Shown one piece after another: positions 13,177 through 26,186 of a stretch of DNA of 64,000 bases; position 1 is the first letter of the stretch; each line of letters starts with the position of its first letter. The stretch is from Octopus sinensis (taxonomy: Eukaryota), in the NCBI RefSeq assembly GCF_006345805.1, contig NC_043008.1, positions 18,786,001-18,850,000 on the forward strand. The letters run 5' to 3'. Both the position numbers and the translations under genes were made by a program. The notes below the pieces were generated by a model, which was not told the DNA's origin, did no database searches, and saw only the letters and a list, made by a program, of their open reading frames with translations.

Positions 13177-13899
13177 AAAAAAAAAACAAATGTCATACCG
13201 TGTAGGTGTGGGTCACTTGTTCAATAATTCACGATGTTGGTGTACAGCTTCGTGACTCCTAGCAATGCAAAGAAAAACACTGACCAACGCATGCGCGGGA
13301 GCAGGCTTCTTGCCACACAGCTACGCCTATCAGAGATGTTCTTTTATTCATTCAGATTGCCTCAATTTGAAATATAGTGCAATAACGAAAAGCTCTTCCT
13401 AATATTTCTAAACCACATGTATGACCAGACGTTTATTTCGTTTATATACGAAATGCATTTAACCTTACTTCTGAGGCCGGCAAATTTGTCAGACATTTCG
13501 GTTGGTTTCAGACCCACTTCATTGTAAACTAACAAATTCATTAATAAAACAGTAATATCGTTGTTTACAAATTGTATTAGAAATTAAGTTAAAATAATTG
13601 TTTCTTCTAATCTGTAGGGAAATATAAACATCGATTTGATAAATTAAGAGGATTCATTATGTAATAGTTTTATAATGTTTAATTTACAGTCACTGTTTCC
13701 TAGATTCTCGAGATATTTGTCAATGATTCTCCGTTAATAATTTACAAGATCTTGCATTCGGTAGCATAACAAAGTTTGTGAGATGGTCACATTTGAATCA
13801 AGTAAGTTTTAGAAGTGTTAGGAGTTAGTGATCGTAGATTACAAAAATCGTTGGCAGCACTTTTACAAAATATGAAGAGTAAAACACACCCGGATGATG

Positions 13900-14200
13900 A
13901 TGATAATAATGAGGAGGAGGAGATGGGAGAGGTGGAGGCAGAGGTAAAGCAGCAGCAGCAACAGCAACAGGATAAGGTGGTGATGGTGGAGGAGGAGGAG
14001 GAGGAGGAGGAGGAGGGGCGGCAGGAAAAGGAGGGAGAGGGCGAGAGGGAGAGGAGAGGGAGGAAGAGTGGGAGCGGGAGAGGGAGGAAACGAAGGAAGA
14101 GAGGGAGGGAGGGGAGAGGGAGAGAGGGAGGGGAGAGGGAGAGAGGGAGGAGGGAAGAGATGGAAGGGAAGAGCGAGAGAGGGAGAAGTGAGGACGAGTA
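13900..14200. repeat. purine-rich GAG/GGA/CAG low-complexity tract
   Basis: Direct reading. Confidence 0.9.
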
Positions 14201-14459
14201 GGGGCATATAATTGACAGACAGATAGACAGACATGCATACATGGTGGCTATCAGCTCGTAGACGACTATGACAATCATTGGTCAACTATCTTGTCCTAGA
14301 TGTTAAAAACTATGGCACTCAGCATGCTCGTACTTAACTTAGATATGTTTCGACCAAAGATTGGCACAGCCCATGTCTAATCGGTAGCGCTAAGAGTAAT
14401 GTGATATAACAAATATGCATACATACGTATATACTTGCACCATATATAGATGGAGTATG

Positions 14460-14533
14460 ATGTAGATAGATAGAGAAAGATGGGGAGAGAGAAAGAGAGA
14501 CAGACAGACAGACAGACAGACAAAGAGACTGGC

Positions 14534-14606
<73 letters not shown>

Positions 14607-14631
14607 CATAGATAGGTAGCTACGTAGATAT

Positions 14632-14688
<57 letters not shown>

Positions 14689-14779
14689 TAAATAGATACA
14701 TACATACATATATACATACATAGCACAGACAGTTAACACAGACAGATAGACGTGTAGATAGATAAATAGATAGATAGAT

Positions 14780-14820
<41 letters not shown>

Positions 14821-14881
14821 CAGAGAGATAGATAGATACATACATACATACATACATACATACATAGATCGATCGATAGAC

Positions 14882-14917
<36 letters not shown>

Positions 14918-15050
14918 TGATTGATTGATTGTTTGATTGTTTGACTGATTGGTTGGTTGATTGATAGAAAGATAGACAGACAGACAGACAAACAGACAGA
15001 GAAAGGGACAGACAGACAGATAGATAGACAGATACTAACTAGTGAGACAG
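14460..15050. repeat. (GATA)n/(GACA)n/(CATA)n microsatellite
   Basis: Direct reading. Confidence 0.95.
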
Positions 15051-15645
15051 ACAGGATGATACTTTCTCTCCTTCCAGACTAAATCAAATTAACAATCAAA
15101 TAACTGAGAGAACTATTTTATGAAACCTCTTACTAAGTAATTGATTCCGTCGCAGACCACCAGTTCTCTAAGATTCTACATTTTTACCAAATATAATACA
15201 ATAATCTTTTCTATTTCTTCATTTGTATTTCAGTGTCATTCACCCTGAAGCCTTTTACACAAAGTTTCATTTAGGTGTCACAAAATTTCTTTGTTTTTAA
15301 TAATATTCGCTTTACTTTCCCGTGTGTATAATTTTACATATAATTAATTTTGTCACTTAAGCAAAATTCATAAATTTGCTTATTTCTTGAGTTTTCTAGT
15401 TTTCTTTCGTTTTTGTTTTTTTCACATACATGTTTTTTTTGTCTATCTGAAAATATATGAATATATATATAAAGAAAACTGGGAGAGACAAAGAAATTAC
15501 ACAACAGAAAAAAATAATTCGAATTTTTTTTTTTTTTCTGGTTTACGTAAAGTCAATAAATAACAGTCCAAGAACTATGAATTCTATGTTCAGGAATTAT
15601 GTTTTTGTATTGCGTGTGATTAATACAAGTACACGACAAGAAGTG

Positions 15646-16158
15646 TGAGGGGGGTTGCTGAAAAGTTCCTGGCTTTAAAAATATCATGAAATGCCCAACA
15701 TTTCGAGTTCTTTTACAGTACTCAGAAAAAATGAAGGACCACTGCAACAAGTGTGTGAAACTGGGAAGCGAATATCTTTATATATAAAATTGAAGTTGTG
15801 TCTGTGAGACTCTGTCTCCTCCGATTTAGATTCCTAACTACTCCCACATTTTGCGGTGCAGTTTAACCAAAAGCGGGTATCTTATAGTCGTCATTCATAT
15901 CGAGCCCTTCTGGGTATTAGCGCGCGTCTACGATGAGTCTACGATTTAAAAAAAAATTACCATCATTTTTCCGCAATTTTAATGATTTTTGTTCGGGTTA
16001 TATATTAGGGAAGTAACTCTCTAAAAATGCTTATATAGTTATTTCCCTTACAAACCCGAGCAACGCCGGGCGATACTGCAAGTCTTGAATAAAATCGTGA
16101 TTGACTTATCCTGCTTTAATTTTTTTACCCCAAACCAGGAATCTTTCAGCACCCCTTC

Positions 16159-16159
<1 letters not shown>
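15646..16159 (+). mobile_element. mariner-derived MITE, interrupted by a Helitron
   Basis: TIRs GAGGGGGGTTGCTGAAAAGTTCCTGGCTTT / AAACCAGGAATCTTTCAGCACCCCTTCG; internal DHCNKCVKLGSEYLE* resembles a mariner C-terminus. Confidence 0.8.
15775..16082 (+). mobile_element. non-autonomous Helitron
   Basis: A|TCTTTATATATAAAA start; 3' hairpin CCCGAGCAACGCCGGG; end CTGCAAG|T; same family as 48403-48798. Confidence 0.85.
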
Positions 16160-16204
<45 letters not shown>

Positions 16205-16407
16205 TAGCAGACATACCCGGCGTTGCCCGGTTACACTCAATTGAAGAATTATACTTTTCTGTTATATATATATATATGGATACACACACACAGGCACACA
16301 CATACATATACATATATATATATATATGTATAATAATATAAATACATGAAAGTACATGAAGTTTGTTAAAAAAAGAGGATCATGTATATACCTCCTGGCT
16401 GTTGAGA

Positions 16408-16870
16408 TTATAACACCTCGTTGTAAACAATGTTCCTTGTTTTTCCTTGTGGAGCATATACAAAAAGGTTTCTTTTGGTTCCTACTCTTGAGCAGTCAAC
16501 ATACAGTTGCCCATGCGAGAAGCAGGGCTCTTCCAAGAGAAAACCAGCTACAGAGAGGGTTTGACCCTGAGATTTGTTAATGGAGATGGCAAAGCGGATA
16601 CAAAGGGGAAATTGCAGTCTTCTGAATATAAATGGAATTTCTGCTCCTGATGGAGTAAGAGGAATTCTTGGAATAAAGACATCATCAGCTTTTCCACATC
16701 CAGAAAGAATGATCGCCTCGATAACGTGTGACATCATTTTCTTTATCACCAGTCGTGTTGCATTGCAAAGTCTTGGTGGTTCCAGATTGCGGAGTAGCAT
16801 TACTGGAGTTCCAACTTTAAGTGCTAATATGTGTAGAGGTAGTCCAGGAGGCTCCAGTGAATTGAGAAAT
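16408..16870 (-). pseudogene. Helitron PIF1-like helicase C-terminal fragment
   Basis: [57 protein letters not shown]. Confidence 0.93.
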
Positions 16871-17760
16871 TCCACCACCACCATCATCACCACCTCCACC
16901 AACGACAACAACAACAGCGACAACAACAACAGCAACGATATCGTCGTTTTGCCGTGTACCATAACTGCCAACAACAACACCACTACTACAACCTCAACCA
17001 CTACAAGTGATACCAACACTACCACCAACACTACCATCAAAAACAAATCCAATTTTGTACAAGCGTTAAAAACAAAAAAAAAGACAATACTAAACTTCAA
17101 AAGTTTGTGTTTGGATAATATTTTTTATGTATTAGTTGTGCAACAACTAAAGCATTCGGTTGTGCAAATTCTTTGCACGGGAAACCTGCCCTTTGTGACG
17201 TGTTTTCCGATTTTGTAGAATTTGCTTTCGGCTTTCTTAGCCATTTCTGTTTTGGTGACTTCAAAGCCATGAAGTCGTCGTTCTTAATGAACGCTGGTCT
17301 CCTTGACAACGCTTACGACGTTGATTTCCCTACCCTGCCTTCCCCACAGCTTCATGAAGGAGGGAGGAAGGGGAGGAGCGACACAGGTGCAGGTGCGAGC
17401 ATGGACGCCAACGCCGCCACGAAAATTTTGGAAGAACCCAGACGACAGCTTCACAGTCAAAGGACAACTCTGCCACAATCACCACCACCATCACCACGAC
17501 GACGATCACCACCACCACTACCACTACCACCATGACCACCACTACCACCATGACCACCACCACCATCACCACTACCACCATGACCACCACCACCACCACC
17601 ACCATCATCATCACCACCACCACCGCAACCGCCGCTGCCACTACAACCTCCGCCGTCGCTATTTCCACCGCCACCACCATCGCCACCACCACCACCACCA
17701 CCACCACCATCACCACCACCACCACCGTCACCACCACCACCACCACCATCACCACCACAG
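16870..17760. repeat. (ACC/AAC/CAT)n trinucleotide tracts (16870-17040 and 17475-17760)
   Basis: Direct reading. Confidence 0.85.
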
Positions 17761-18260
17761 TGTCTCACTTTGCAATTGTATGCCAGACTTGTTTTGAGAC
17801 GTCTTGGCAGCGGTGTACTGCAACTGGCAGCAGAACGGAAGCATACCCGTTTTTGTGAGTTTGGATAATATTTGGTACGCATGAATGACGTCGCCACCTT
17901 TCTTAGGAACTTTTTGTACTGTTTCGACATTTTTTGCTGATATTCCCAACGATTTAGATCCATTTTGATCGTTGTCCCCTCCTTTTTTCGCGCCCCTCGT
18001 AAAGAAAAGCTTTACATTGTAATTGTCCCCTCAGTGTTTAGCCCTGTGTGACTAATAAAGAAATTATCTATCTATCTATCTTGTTTGTCTGCCTGTCTAT
18101 CTGTCTATCCATCTGTTTATCTATCTATCTTTGTGTCTGCCTGTCTATCTGTCTATCTGTCTGTCTGTCAGTCTGTCTATCTATCTATCTTTCTCTTTGT
18201 GGGCCTTTCTATCTGTCTATCTATCGATTGATCTATCTAGATATTTATCTATCTATTTAT

Positions 18261-19080
18261 CTACCTATCCCTTGGTTCCTCTGCCAACAGAGAAGCATTA
18301 ACATCGGTGAAGTACACTATTTGACCATTTTCCAGGTGCACTTGCAAGCTGTTGAATGGCGAGGTGTCTTGGTGAATTGGAAAGCCAAAGATGCGCCAGA
18401 AATCCTCATTGCTACTTATGTACCGTCCCACCTGATAATGTGTCACCTCATCCTGGCAGTATTCTTGTTGAAGTCCAAACATTGCAGCGTCAGAACCCTT
18501 GTTTACATATTTGCAAACGTACTTGATGGATTTAAAGGAGTTGCAAAACTCAACGTTGATGTGGGCATTGAAGGTCTTTGACAGGAGTGGGCAATATGGA
18601 ACAATCCATCTATTATTAATATCGTGCTGTCCAATAGTTGCTGTGAAACCTCCGTCTTCTGGTTTTCTGCGTCTGTATGATGGATACCCATCAGCACTTG
18701 TCTGAGTTTCTTGTAGGAACCTCCTTGGAAATCTTTTTGAACATACGCTGTCCTTCAAGCATGGTGTGTTTATGTTGAATCCACGCCCACATGGACCATG
18801 TACCATATTTGCTTTAACTATTTCGTATAGTTCTTTGTCTAAAGCTGGATCAGGAAGCTCTACAGAGATTATGTTGTCGATGTCATTGGAATTGATCTTC
18901 ACTGAGAGCCAAAGCAGGCTTGTGTACATGTCACACTGTATGGGCCCAAAGATTTGCCCTTTTTGTATGAGCTCCATGAGAGAGATTAACTTCAGATGGA
19001 AAACTCGGGCGTTGAGATTCCGGTTCGAATGTAAGGCAGGTTTCAAAGTGTTACCAACAGTTATTAGTTGTAGTGGTAGA
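18261..19080 (-). pseudogene. Helitron Rep (HUH endonuclease) fragment
   Basis: ARVFHLKL, MVHGPCG, CSKRFP, DGYPSYRRR, NRWIVPYCP, HINVEFC, KYVCKYVNKGSD, GRYISSNE. Confidence 0.93.
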
Positions 19081-19139
19081 GTGTTTATGCCGAATATGTA
19101 CGTATGCATGTATATATATGTATGCCTGTATATATGTAC

Positions 19140-19270
19140 AAAATCCACTGAGAAGGCTTTTGTTGGTCTGAGGCTACAGCAGAAGACACATGCCAAGTCA
19201 CCACACAGTGGGACTGAACCCAGGACCATGTGTTTGGAACGTAGCTTGTTACCACACAGCCACGCCTGCC
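19140..19270 (-). mobile_element. SINE family B head, nested in Helitron
   Basis: ACCACACAGCCACGCCTG; CAGTGGGACTGAACCC. Confidence 0.75.
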
Positions 19271-20279
19271 TGTGAGTGTGCGTATGTGTGTATGGGTAGA
19301 TATATTATGCATGTATATATGTGTATATATATGTGTACATATTACATGTACATCTATATATATACATCTACACACAAAATACAAAATACAAAGTTATATC
19401 TTGATATCGCTAGTGATAACAATACTCCAAATATATAACAGACTGGAATTGTAGGCCCGTCTCTTGCAATTTCAATCAATTGGATCTTGTCCTCCCTCTT
19501 GTATAGAAGTGTACGGCTGCAGCGAAATTCATTTTTGGGCTTTCTTCTATCGAAGGCATTTTAACAAAAATGCTTCCGTAAAGACGATGAAAATATTGTC
19601 AATTTTCCCAAACAGGGACACAATTCAATTTTTAAGCAATAACCAAAGCCCCTTCTCCGAAAGGGGGAGGGTTACGGTTTACAATTATTTAACAAATGCA
19701 ACACAACAACGTTTCCCTGACGAGGAACCAACAAACGTGATTACAATAGTCAAACAGTAATAATAATAACAACAAACATTTTTAATGTATCCCCATTTAT
19801 GTGAAACCACTTATTCAAGTTCAAGTCGTTGATGCAATTTTATACGAATTGCTAATACACACACACACATAATAAGGGTGAAAAATTGAATATTAATTTG
19901 ATTAATATGAATTGAAAACCAGTGGTGTAGCATAGAAGACCATAGCGGATCTTCTTCTATCAAAAACGATGACCATTATTAATGGTTCATCCCTGTTATA
20001 TAATACTTTCATTTTAATAGTTTAAGTATTAAAATGAAAGTGTCTGCATTACAATAGAGAGATGTTTTTTTTTTGTTTCACTTTTAACACGTAATACTGA
20101 AATAGTGGAGAAGATATGATATTGCTGTGGGGTCACCCTAGGGAAAAAGTTTTTTTTTTGCCGATGACATTCTCCGGACCTTAAGTAAAACATGTGTAAA
20201 ATTTGAATGAAATTAGTTTTGTAGTTCTCAAGTTTTAGGGAAACACATAGACAGACAGACAGACAGACACAGATTCTCA

Positions 20280-20310
<31 letters not shown>

Positions 20311-20315
<5 letters not shown>

Positions 20316-20821
20316 AATTTGTTGTTGAATTTGAAAAACTTGTGATTGTTTTCACATAATTTCATTTACATATATACCAAATTAATTTCAACAATATTTT
20401 TAGTTTATCAATGGTAAAAATTTAGAATTATAAATGTTAACATGTTACCCCAGTATGAAACTTTAATGATATTCATTTCTTGTCGACCACTACTAAAACT
20501 ATTAAATTTTATACATTTAAATGATTTGATCCACAGTTTTTTATATTATTGACTGTTATGAACATTCAAACTTGTCAACACTGAAACGTTTAAAAGATGA
20601 TTTTCTAATTCATAATTGTAAATTTCTCTGTTATGAGAATTTTAACTTGTCAACATCGAAACATTTAAACATGGTTTTCTATTTCATAATTCTAAATTTT
20701 TACCATTGATAGAGAAAAAAATATTGTTGAAACTAGTTTGGTATATATGTTAATAAATATATTTTAAAACAATTACTAGTTTTTCAAATTTAAGTGCATT
20801 TTCAACAACTAATTTGCCTAT
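20311..20821. mobile_element. AT-rich foldback/MITE with about 130-bp inverted arms
   Basis: Left GACAAATTTGTTGTTGAA...TCAATGGTAAAAATTTAGAATTAT is reverse-complementary to 20685-20821; TA flanks; internal tandem duplication of about 75 bp. Confidence 0.8.
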
Positions 20822-20877
20822 ATTTTTCCTGTGTGGAAATAAACCCCCTCTATCGTTATATGCATATATATATATAT

Positions 20878-21094
20878 AAGGTGGCGCTGAAAAGTTCCTA
20901 ATTTTGAGGGTATTGCAAAAGGCCTAGTTGGAGGTCCAATATTTCGAGTTCCTTTACAGAGCTTAGAACAACTGATGGACCTCTGTAGCAAGTGTGTGAA
21001 ACTGAGAAGGGAAAATGTTGAATGAAATCATAATTAACTGATCCGCGAGTATTTTTTTTTTACCTAAAGCCAGGAACTTTTCAGCACTCTCTCC
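20878..21094 (+). mobile_element. mariner-derived MITE (same family as 15646)
   Basis: GCTGAAAAGTTCCT ... AGGAACTTTTCAGC TIRs. Confidence 0.8.
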
Positions 21095-21109
21095 TATACT
21101 TCTATACAA

Positions 21110-21178
<69 letters not shown>

Positions 21179-21349
21179 GTATTCTTATTATGAGTGCCTG
21201 AGTGTGACAAGCCACTTAGATCAAGATTCAGTGTCCTTCAATTGCAATACGTGTGACCAAATCAGTACCCTGAATGAGGGCGCAAACATTTCTTTAACCT
21301 GCGATGTTGTACTGATGTCATTGCGAGTGATTGAACGATCTTAGGAACT

Positions 21350-22960
21350 TCGAGGTAACTAATTTGTATTCAGAGAGAGCAATAAAGCATTTCAATGTTC
21401 TCCATATTGCATGTACGTCTCAGGATTATTCCTGAGTGTATTCAAAATGAAATTTCGTCAACGTTTCAGATATTTGACCCAAATATAGTCGTTATGTTTT
21501 AATTTTCTGGTTTCCGTATATAGAAAATTGTATACAGCAATAGTATATGGTCAGGAATTTTGGTCTTCAGTGTTTTTCTCTAAATCAGCCTGTTTTCATT
21601 TCCACAGACATTTTATGAAGATTCTCTCCATGTAAAAGGAACTAGAGAAAATTTCGTTGACAACCGTTACTATGCCATCTTCTCTGAGCTTCTCTGTTAT
21701 GGCTTCTGTCTTACCAACAATATTGAAAATGTCACTTCTTTTGCCTTCAAGTGACAAGTTGAGCCGATTAAATATTTAAAAGTCATGCAACACAATTTGG
21801 TAAAACCAAAACAACCATTGTTGAAATTCCTTGCTTAGTAAATAATACAGACAAGAATTGATTCTTCGAGAATAATACTCTGTTAGGAACTCTTCGAGAT
21901 GGCGACTATCGAAAACATAATGCAGGAGTAGAATCACATGAAATGCAGGCATGGTTTTGTGGTTGAGAATCTCGCTTTGCACCCACAGAGTTTCGGGTTC
22001 TATCCTTCTGCGGGGCACCTAGAACAACTGTCTTCCACTGTAACCTCTGACTGACGAATGTCTTGTGAGTAAATTTCATAAAGGGAAACTGTGTGGAAGT
22101 CTTTTTGTACACACGTATGCGTGTGTATGTGTGTGCGTGTATATATGTGTGCGCGTGTGTGAGTGTATCTTTGTGTGGGGGTCTTTTTTTGTTTGTCTGT
22201 GTTTATTGCTAACCATCGCTTGACAGTTATCGTTGGTCTGTTTATGTCTCTGTAACTTAGATGTTCGGCAGAAATATCGATGGAATAAGTACCAGACTTA
22301 CCAATAAGTACAGAGGTCGATATGTTCGACTAAAGACTTCAAAGCAGTGCCCCAGTATGGCCTCAATCCAATGACTGAAACAAGTAAAAGATAAAAGAAA
22401 AGGTGTTCTTTGAAAACTCTGTAAACTGAAAATCTTTATTTAAATTTATTGCTTTTGAGCGAACAACATTGACAATCGTCAACACAGCTTGCAACAATTC
22501 GTGAAATTATTTTCTCTGGCTATTGCAACAAATGCTTAGCTTCTTTTCTGAACTAAAGAACACTGTAAAAGGTAAAATTTTGGGGTTTCTCTTCGATGCG
22601 AACAGTGCTTTTTTTTTTTGTGTGTGTGTGTGTCCAATCACTACCGTCTATAGTCACAGCAACACATTTACTCAAAGATAGATTTTCATTTTCCATGAAT
22701 TCGTGGATGTTGGATAAAATAAATTCACCGAGTTTGCTCACGGACTAGCAATCAAAGGAAATACTTGCAAGAATTTTTTACAATCATTGATCCGGGGAAC
22801 AACAACAAACAGTGCATCGTCCAGCCGCCGAAATATCAATGGTTTCATCTGCAGACTAAAAAGTACTGTTTCCAGGAGATTTGCCGTCAGCGAATGCTCA
22901 AGATTTTCAGCAATCAATGTAGACTGGAATTTCATTGTCGTGTCACTGGATGCAGTACTT
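21350..22960 (-). pseudogene. hAT (Buster/Charlie/SPIN-like) transposase relic, interrupted
   Basis: FSLQ/DETIDIS (first catalytic D, frameshifted), LSLSKCVAVTIDG, IFNRLNLSLEGKRSDIFNIVGKTEAITEKL. Confidence 0.75.
21945..22400 (+). mobile_element. SINE family B, diverged, inside hAT relic
   Basis: Head, internal (TG)n, tail GACTGAAACAAGTAAAAGA. Confidence 0.75.
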
Positions 22961-22989
22961 TATATCCACTGCATATGACAAAATAAACA

Positions 22990-23300
22990 GAAAACACTCC
23001 GTCGGTTACGACGACGAGATTTCGAGTTGATTCTCTCTACAGAACGTCCTGCTCACGAAATTAACGTGCAAGTAGCTGCACACTCCACATATATGCGTAG
23101 CCTTAACGTAGTTCTCGGGGAGTTGCAAGATAAAGCAAAATGTGACAAGGCTGGACCCTTGAAATACATTTTTGCCAGCGGAGCATTTGCGCCAGCTGAG
23201 TGGATTTGAGTAACGTGAAAGAAAGTGTCTTGCTCAAGGATGTAATGAACCGACACGAATCGAACCCACGTTCACTTTTTATATCACACTGTGCATGCAC
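22990..23300 (-). mobile_element. SINE family C
   Basis: Homologous to 41687-42000 (CCACTCAGCTGGC, CCAGCCTTGTCAC, CGTTAAGG). Confidence 0.7.
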
Positions 23301-23342
23301 AACGTGTTTTTACTTTCAGGATATGGTATTTGAAGAGTATAA

Positions 23343-23754
23343 GGGGGCGAGCTGGCAGAAACGTTAGCACGTTAGAAATGCGTAGCCGTATTTCCTCTGC
23401 TGCTACGTTGTGAGTTCAAATTCCGTCGAGGTTGACTTTGCCTTTCATCCTTTCCGGGTCGATAAATTAAGTACCAGTTACGCACTGGGGTCGATGTAAT
23501 CGACTTAATCCGTTTGTCTGTCCTTGTTTGTCCTCCCTGTGTTTATCCCCTTGTGGGTAGTAAAGAAATAGGTATTATGTCTGCCGTTATGTTCTGAGTT
23601 CAAATTCCGCCGAGGTCGACTTTGCCTTTCATCCTTTCGGGGTCGATAAATTAAGTACCAGTTACGCACTGGAGTCGATATAATCAACTTAATCCGTTTG
23701 TCTGTCCTTGTTTGTCCTCTCTGTGTTTGGCCCCTTGTGGGTAATAAAGAAATA
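23343..23754 (+). mobile_element. SINE family A dimer
   Basis: Second body unit begins at 23571 (AAAGAAATA|GGTATT); GGTATTTGAAGA on both flanks. Confidence 0.9.
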
Positions 23755-23959
23755 GGTATTTGAAGAATGTCCAGGGATGTTCGAATGGCACACTGTCTTC
23801 CTTTACTATAGAAAAATGAACATAGTATTTATTAACGTTTTTTCCATAAAAACTCGTCTTTCAGGGAAAACTGTAAGGACCATTTTTGATAATTTCATTG
23901 CTTTGTTCTTAAATGAGTCCCTCATTTTGAAAGGTGAAGGTGCGTGTACTAATATTTAG

Positions 23960-24190
23960 AGCATTGTACTCATGATCGGCAGATAGTGGTTTCGATTGCT
24001 GGTATGTTCTTGAGCAAAACAATTTCTTTCACATTGGCCCTGTCCACACTGTCCCTGTTCACATTGGTCCTGTCCACTCAGATGCAAATATATTCCTGAG
24101 ACGAACTGGTCTCCCGTTCATGGGGCAATGTTGTAATCTCACCTATTTGTATGCCACAGAAACTGGATTGACTTTCGATTTTATGAGTCC
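23960..24190 (+). mobile_element. degenerate SINE, family D
   Basis: GGTTTCGATTGC B-box-like, TTGAGCAAAAC, GTCCACTCAG, ATGCCACAGAAACTGG. Confidence 0.45.
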
Positions 24191-24749
24191 TAGTGGTCAT
24201 GAAAATTATAAAAATAGAAATTTCTTAGAAAGCAAACATTGCTTTTTACATTTTTCACAGTAAATCATGCTCCAAGGAAACAGCTTATGGAAGAAATAAA
24301 ATGTGTATTTGATATATTCTCTATCCTACAGTCTTTTGAGTTTTGAGAATAGGGTACATTGGTTTTTGTATTTCTCATTAAGATTCAGTTTTCTCTTGCT
24401 TGTGTCAATAACAATGCTCTTATCTGTGACATAAGTAACTGCATTTTAAGCTCCTAATCTTCAGTTTTGTTGGCAACCTTTCAAAACATGACTTGTCTCT
24501 TAAGCATGCCATCATCGGGTCCTGTTCGTTTTCCTTTCTTTCAACAACGAACGACCGCTTTTCATCAAGAAGTGGTTCCTTCTTGTACGTCAACATAGAT
24601 ATTCACTTAACTCGCATGTTAAAAATATAATCACTCAGATTGAGTCCTTGTTTTTCTAGTAAACACTTATTCAGAAATAAAAAGGTGGCTGGCAAGTATG
24701 CTGGAACCAAACCAATGCATAGGAAACGTGGAAGATATATCTATTTTTC

Positions 24750-25184
24750 TATCTTTTACCGCTTACTTGTTTCAGTCAATAGATAGCGGCAATGCTGGGG
24801 CACCTCCATGAAGAAATTTTAGCTGAATGAATTTATATGTCCGGTACTTATTCTATCTGCCTCTTTTGACAAACCACCATGTTACGTGGGTGTAAACACA
24901 CCAACATCGGTTGTTAAGCGCTGGTGGCTAACAAACATAATCAGAAAGGCAGAAACACGTACACACACACACACATATATATATAATTATAAATTAGGGC
25001 ATCTACGAGATACCACCATGCTGAAAATAGCAGCCATGATCTGACTCTAAAGCTACCTTAATTGTCCATATCGCAACACGGAGAGAAAACAAACACACAA
25101 GATGAAACTAGTAAGAAATTACTGTATAATTCTAGATCCCGGATTTCTGACTTTGCATTTAGGAATGCTAAATTTATATATATA

Positions 25185-25237
<53 letters not shown>

Positions 25238-25405
25238 AACACACAACGGGATTCTCTCTGTTTCAGTCTGTCAAATCCGCTCACAAGGTTTTGGTCAGCC
25301 CGGAGCTGTAGTTGAAGACACTTTCCAAAGGTATCCACGCAGTGGGACTGAATCTAGGACCATGAGGCTGGGGAACAAAATCCTTACCACACAGCCATAC
25401 CTATA
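24750..25405 (-). mobile_element. SINE family B, split (tail 24750-24980, head 25240-25405)
   Basis: Both halves match family B in the same orientation, with foreign DNA in the internal microsatellite. Confidence 0.65.
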
Positions 25406-25771
25406 TAATGCATTACATTATCCAACCCCAAATTCTGCTATATCGAGGTCATTTTTATCAGTGACACTATGAGATGCTATTAGATGTATTTACACATATA
25501 ACGACATAAAAATCTAAGATTGAATATGTCGCAAATCATTTAACAACTGCATGATGAGCGATATTTCTAACCATAACTGACATATCAGATATGCTTATCT
25601 TAATGTTATCACACAATGATCCAATTACCGTTTTCGCGCTTCCTTGTTCTTATCAGGATCAGAGGTGACGTAACCAAGTTTGTTAAATCAATTCACAAAA
25701 TACTGCATTTGCTAGAATAGAAAATGCAGAGCATCAATACAACTATGTGACAATATCTGACATTATATTAA

Positions 25772-26186
25772 GGCGGAGAGCTGCCAGAAACGTTAGCACG
25801 CCGGGCGAAAAGCAGAGCGGTATTTTGTCTGCCGCTTCGTTCTGAGTACAAATTCCGCCTAGGTCCACTTTGCCTTTCATCCTTTCGGGGTCGATTAATT
25901 AAGTACCAGTTACACACTGGGTTCGATATAATCGACTTAATCCGTTTGTCTGTCCTTGTTTGTCCTCTCTGTGTTTAGCCCTTTGTGGGTAGTAATGAAA
26001 TTGGTATTTCGTCTGCCGTTACGTTCTGAGTTCAAATTCCGCCGAGGTCGACTTTGCTTTTCATCATTTCGGGATCGATAAATTAAGTACCAGTTACGCA
26101 CTGGGGTCGATGTAATCAACTTAATCCATTTGTTTGACCTTGTTTGTCCTCTCTGTGTTAAGCCCCTTGTTGGTTATAAAGAAATA
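25772..26186 (+). mobile_element. SINE family A dimer
   Basis: Second unit at 26003; flanks TATCTGACATTAT / TATTTGACATCAT. Confidence 0.9.

Larger units (their letters stand above)
16204..20313 (-). mobile_element. internally deleted Helitron (about 4.1 kb)
   Basis: 3' end CCGGGCAACGCCGGGTATGTCTGCTAG|T; 5' end TC(TA)nAAAACTGAG...TGTCTGTCTG; RepHel remnants inside; 5' boundary ambiguous. Confidence 0.8.

Noticed and set aside
13815-14201. ORF MLGVSDRRLQKSLAALLQNMKSKTHP...
   Set aside because: Mostly GAG/CAG repeat; the unique part has no recognisable family and no convincing splice context.
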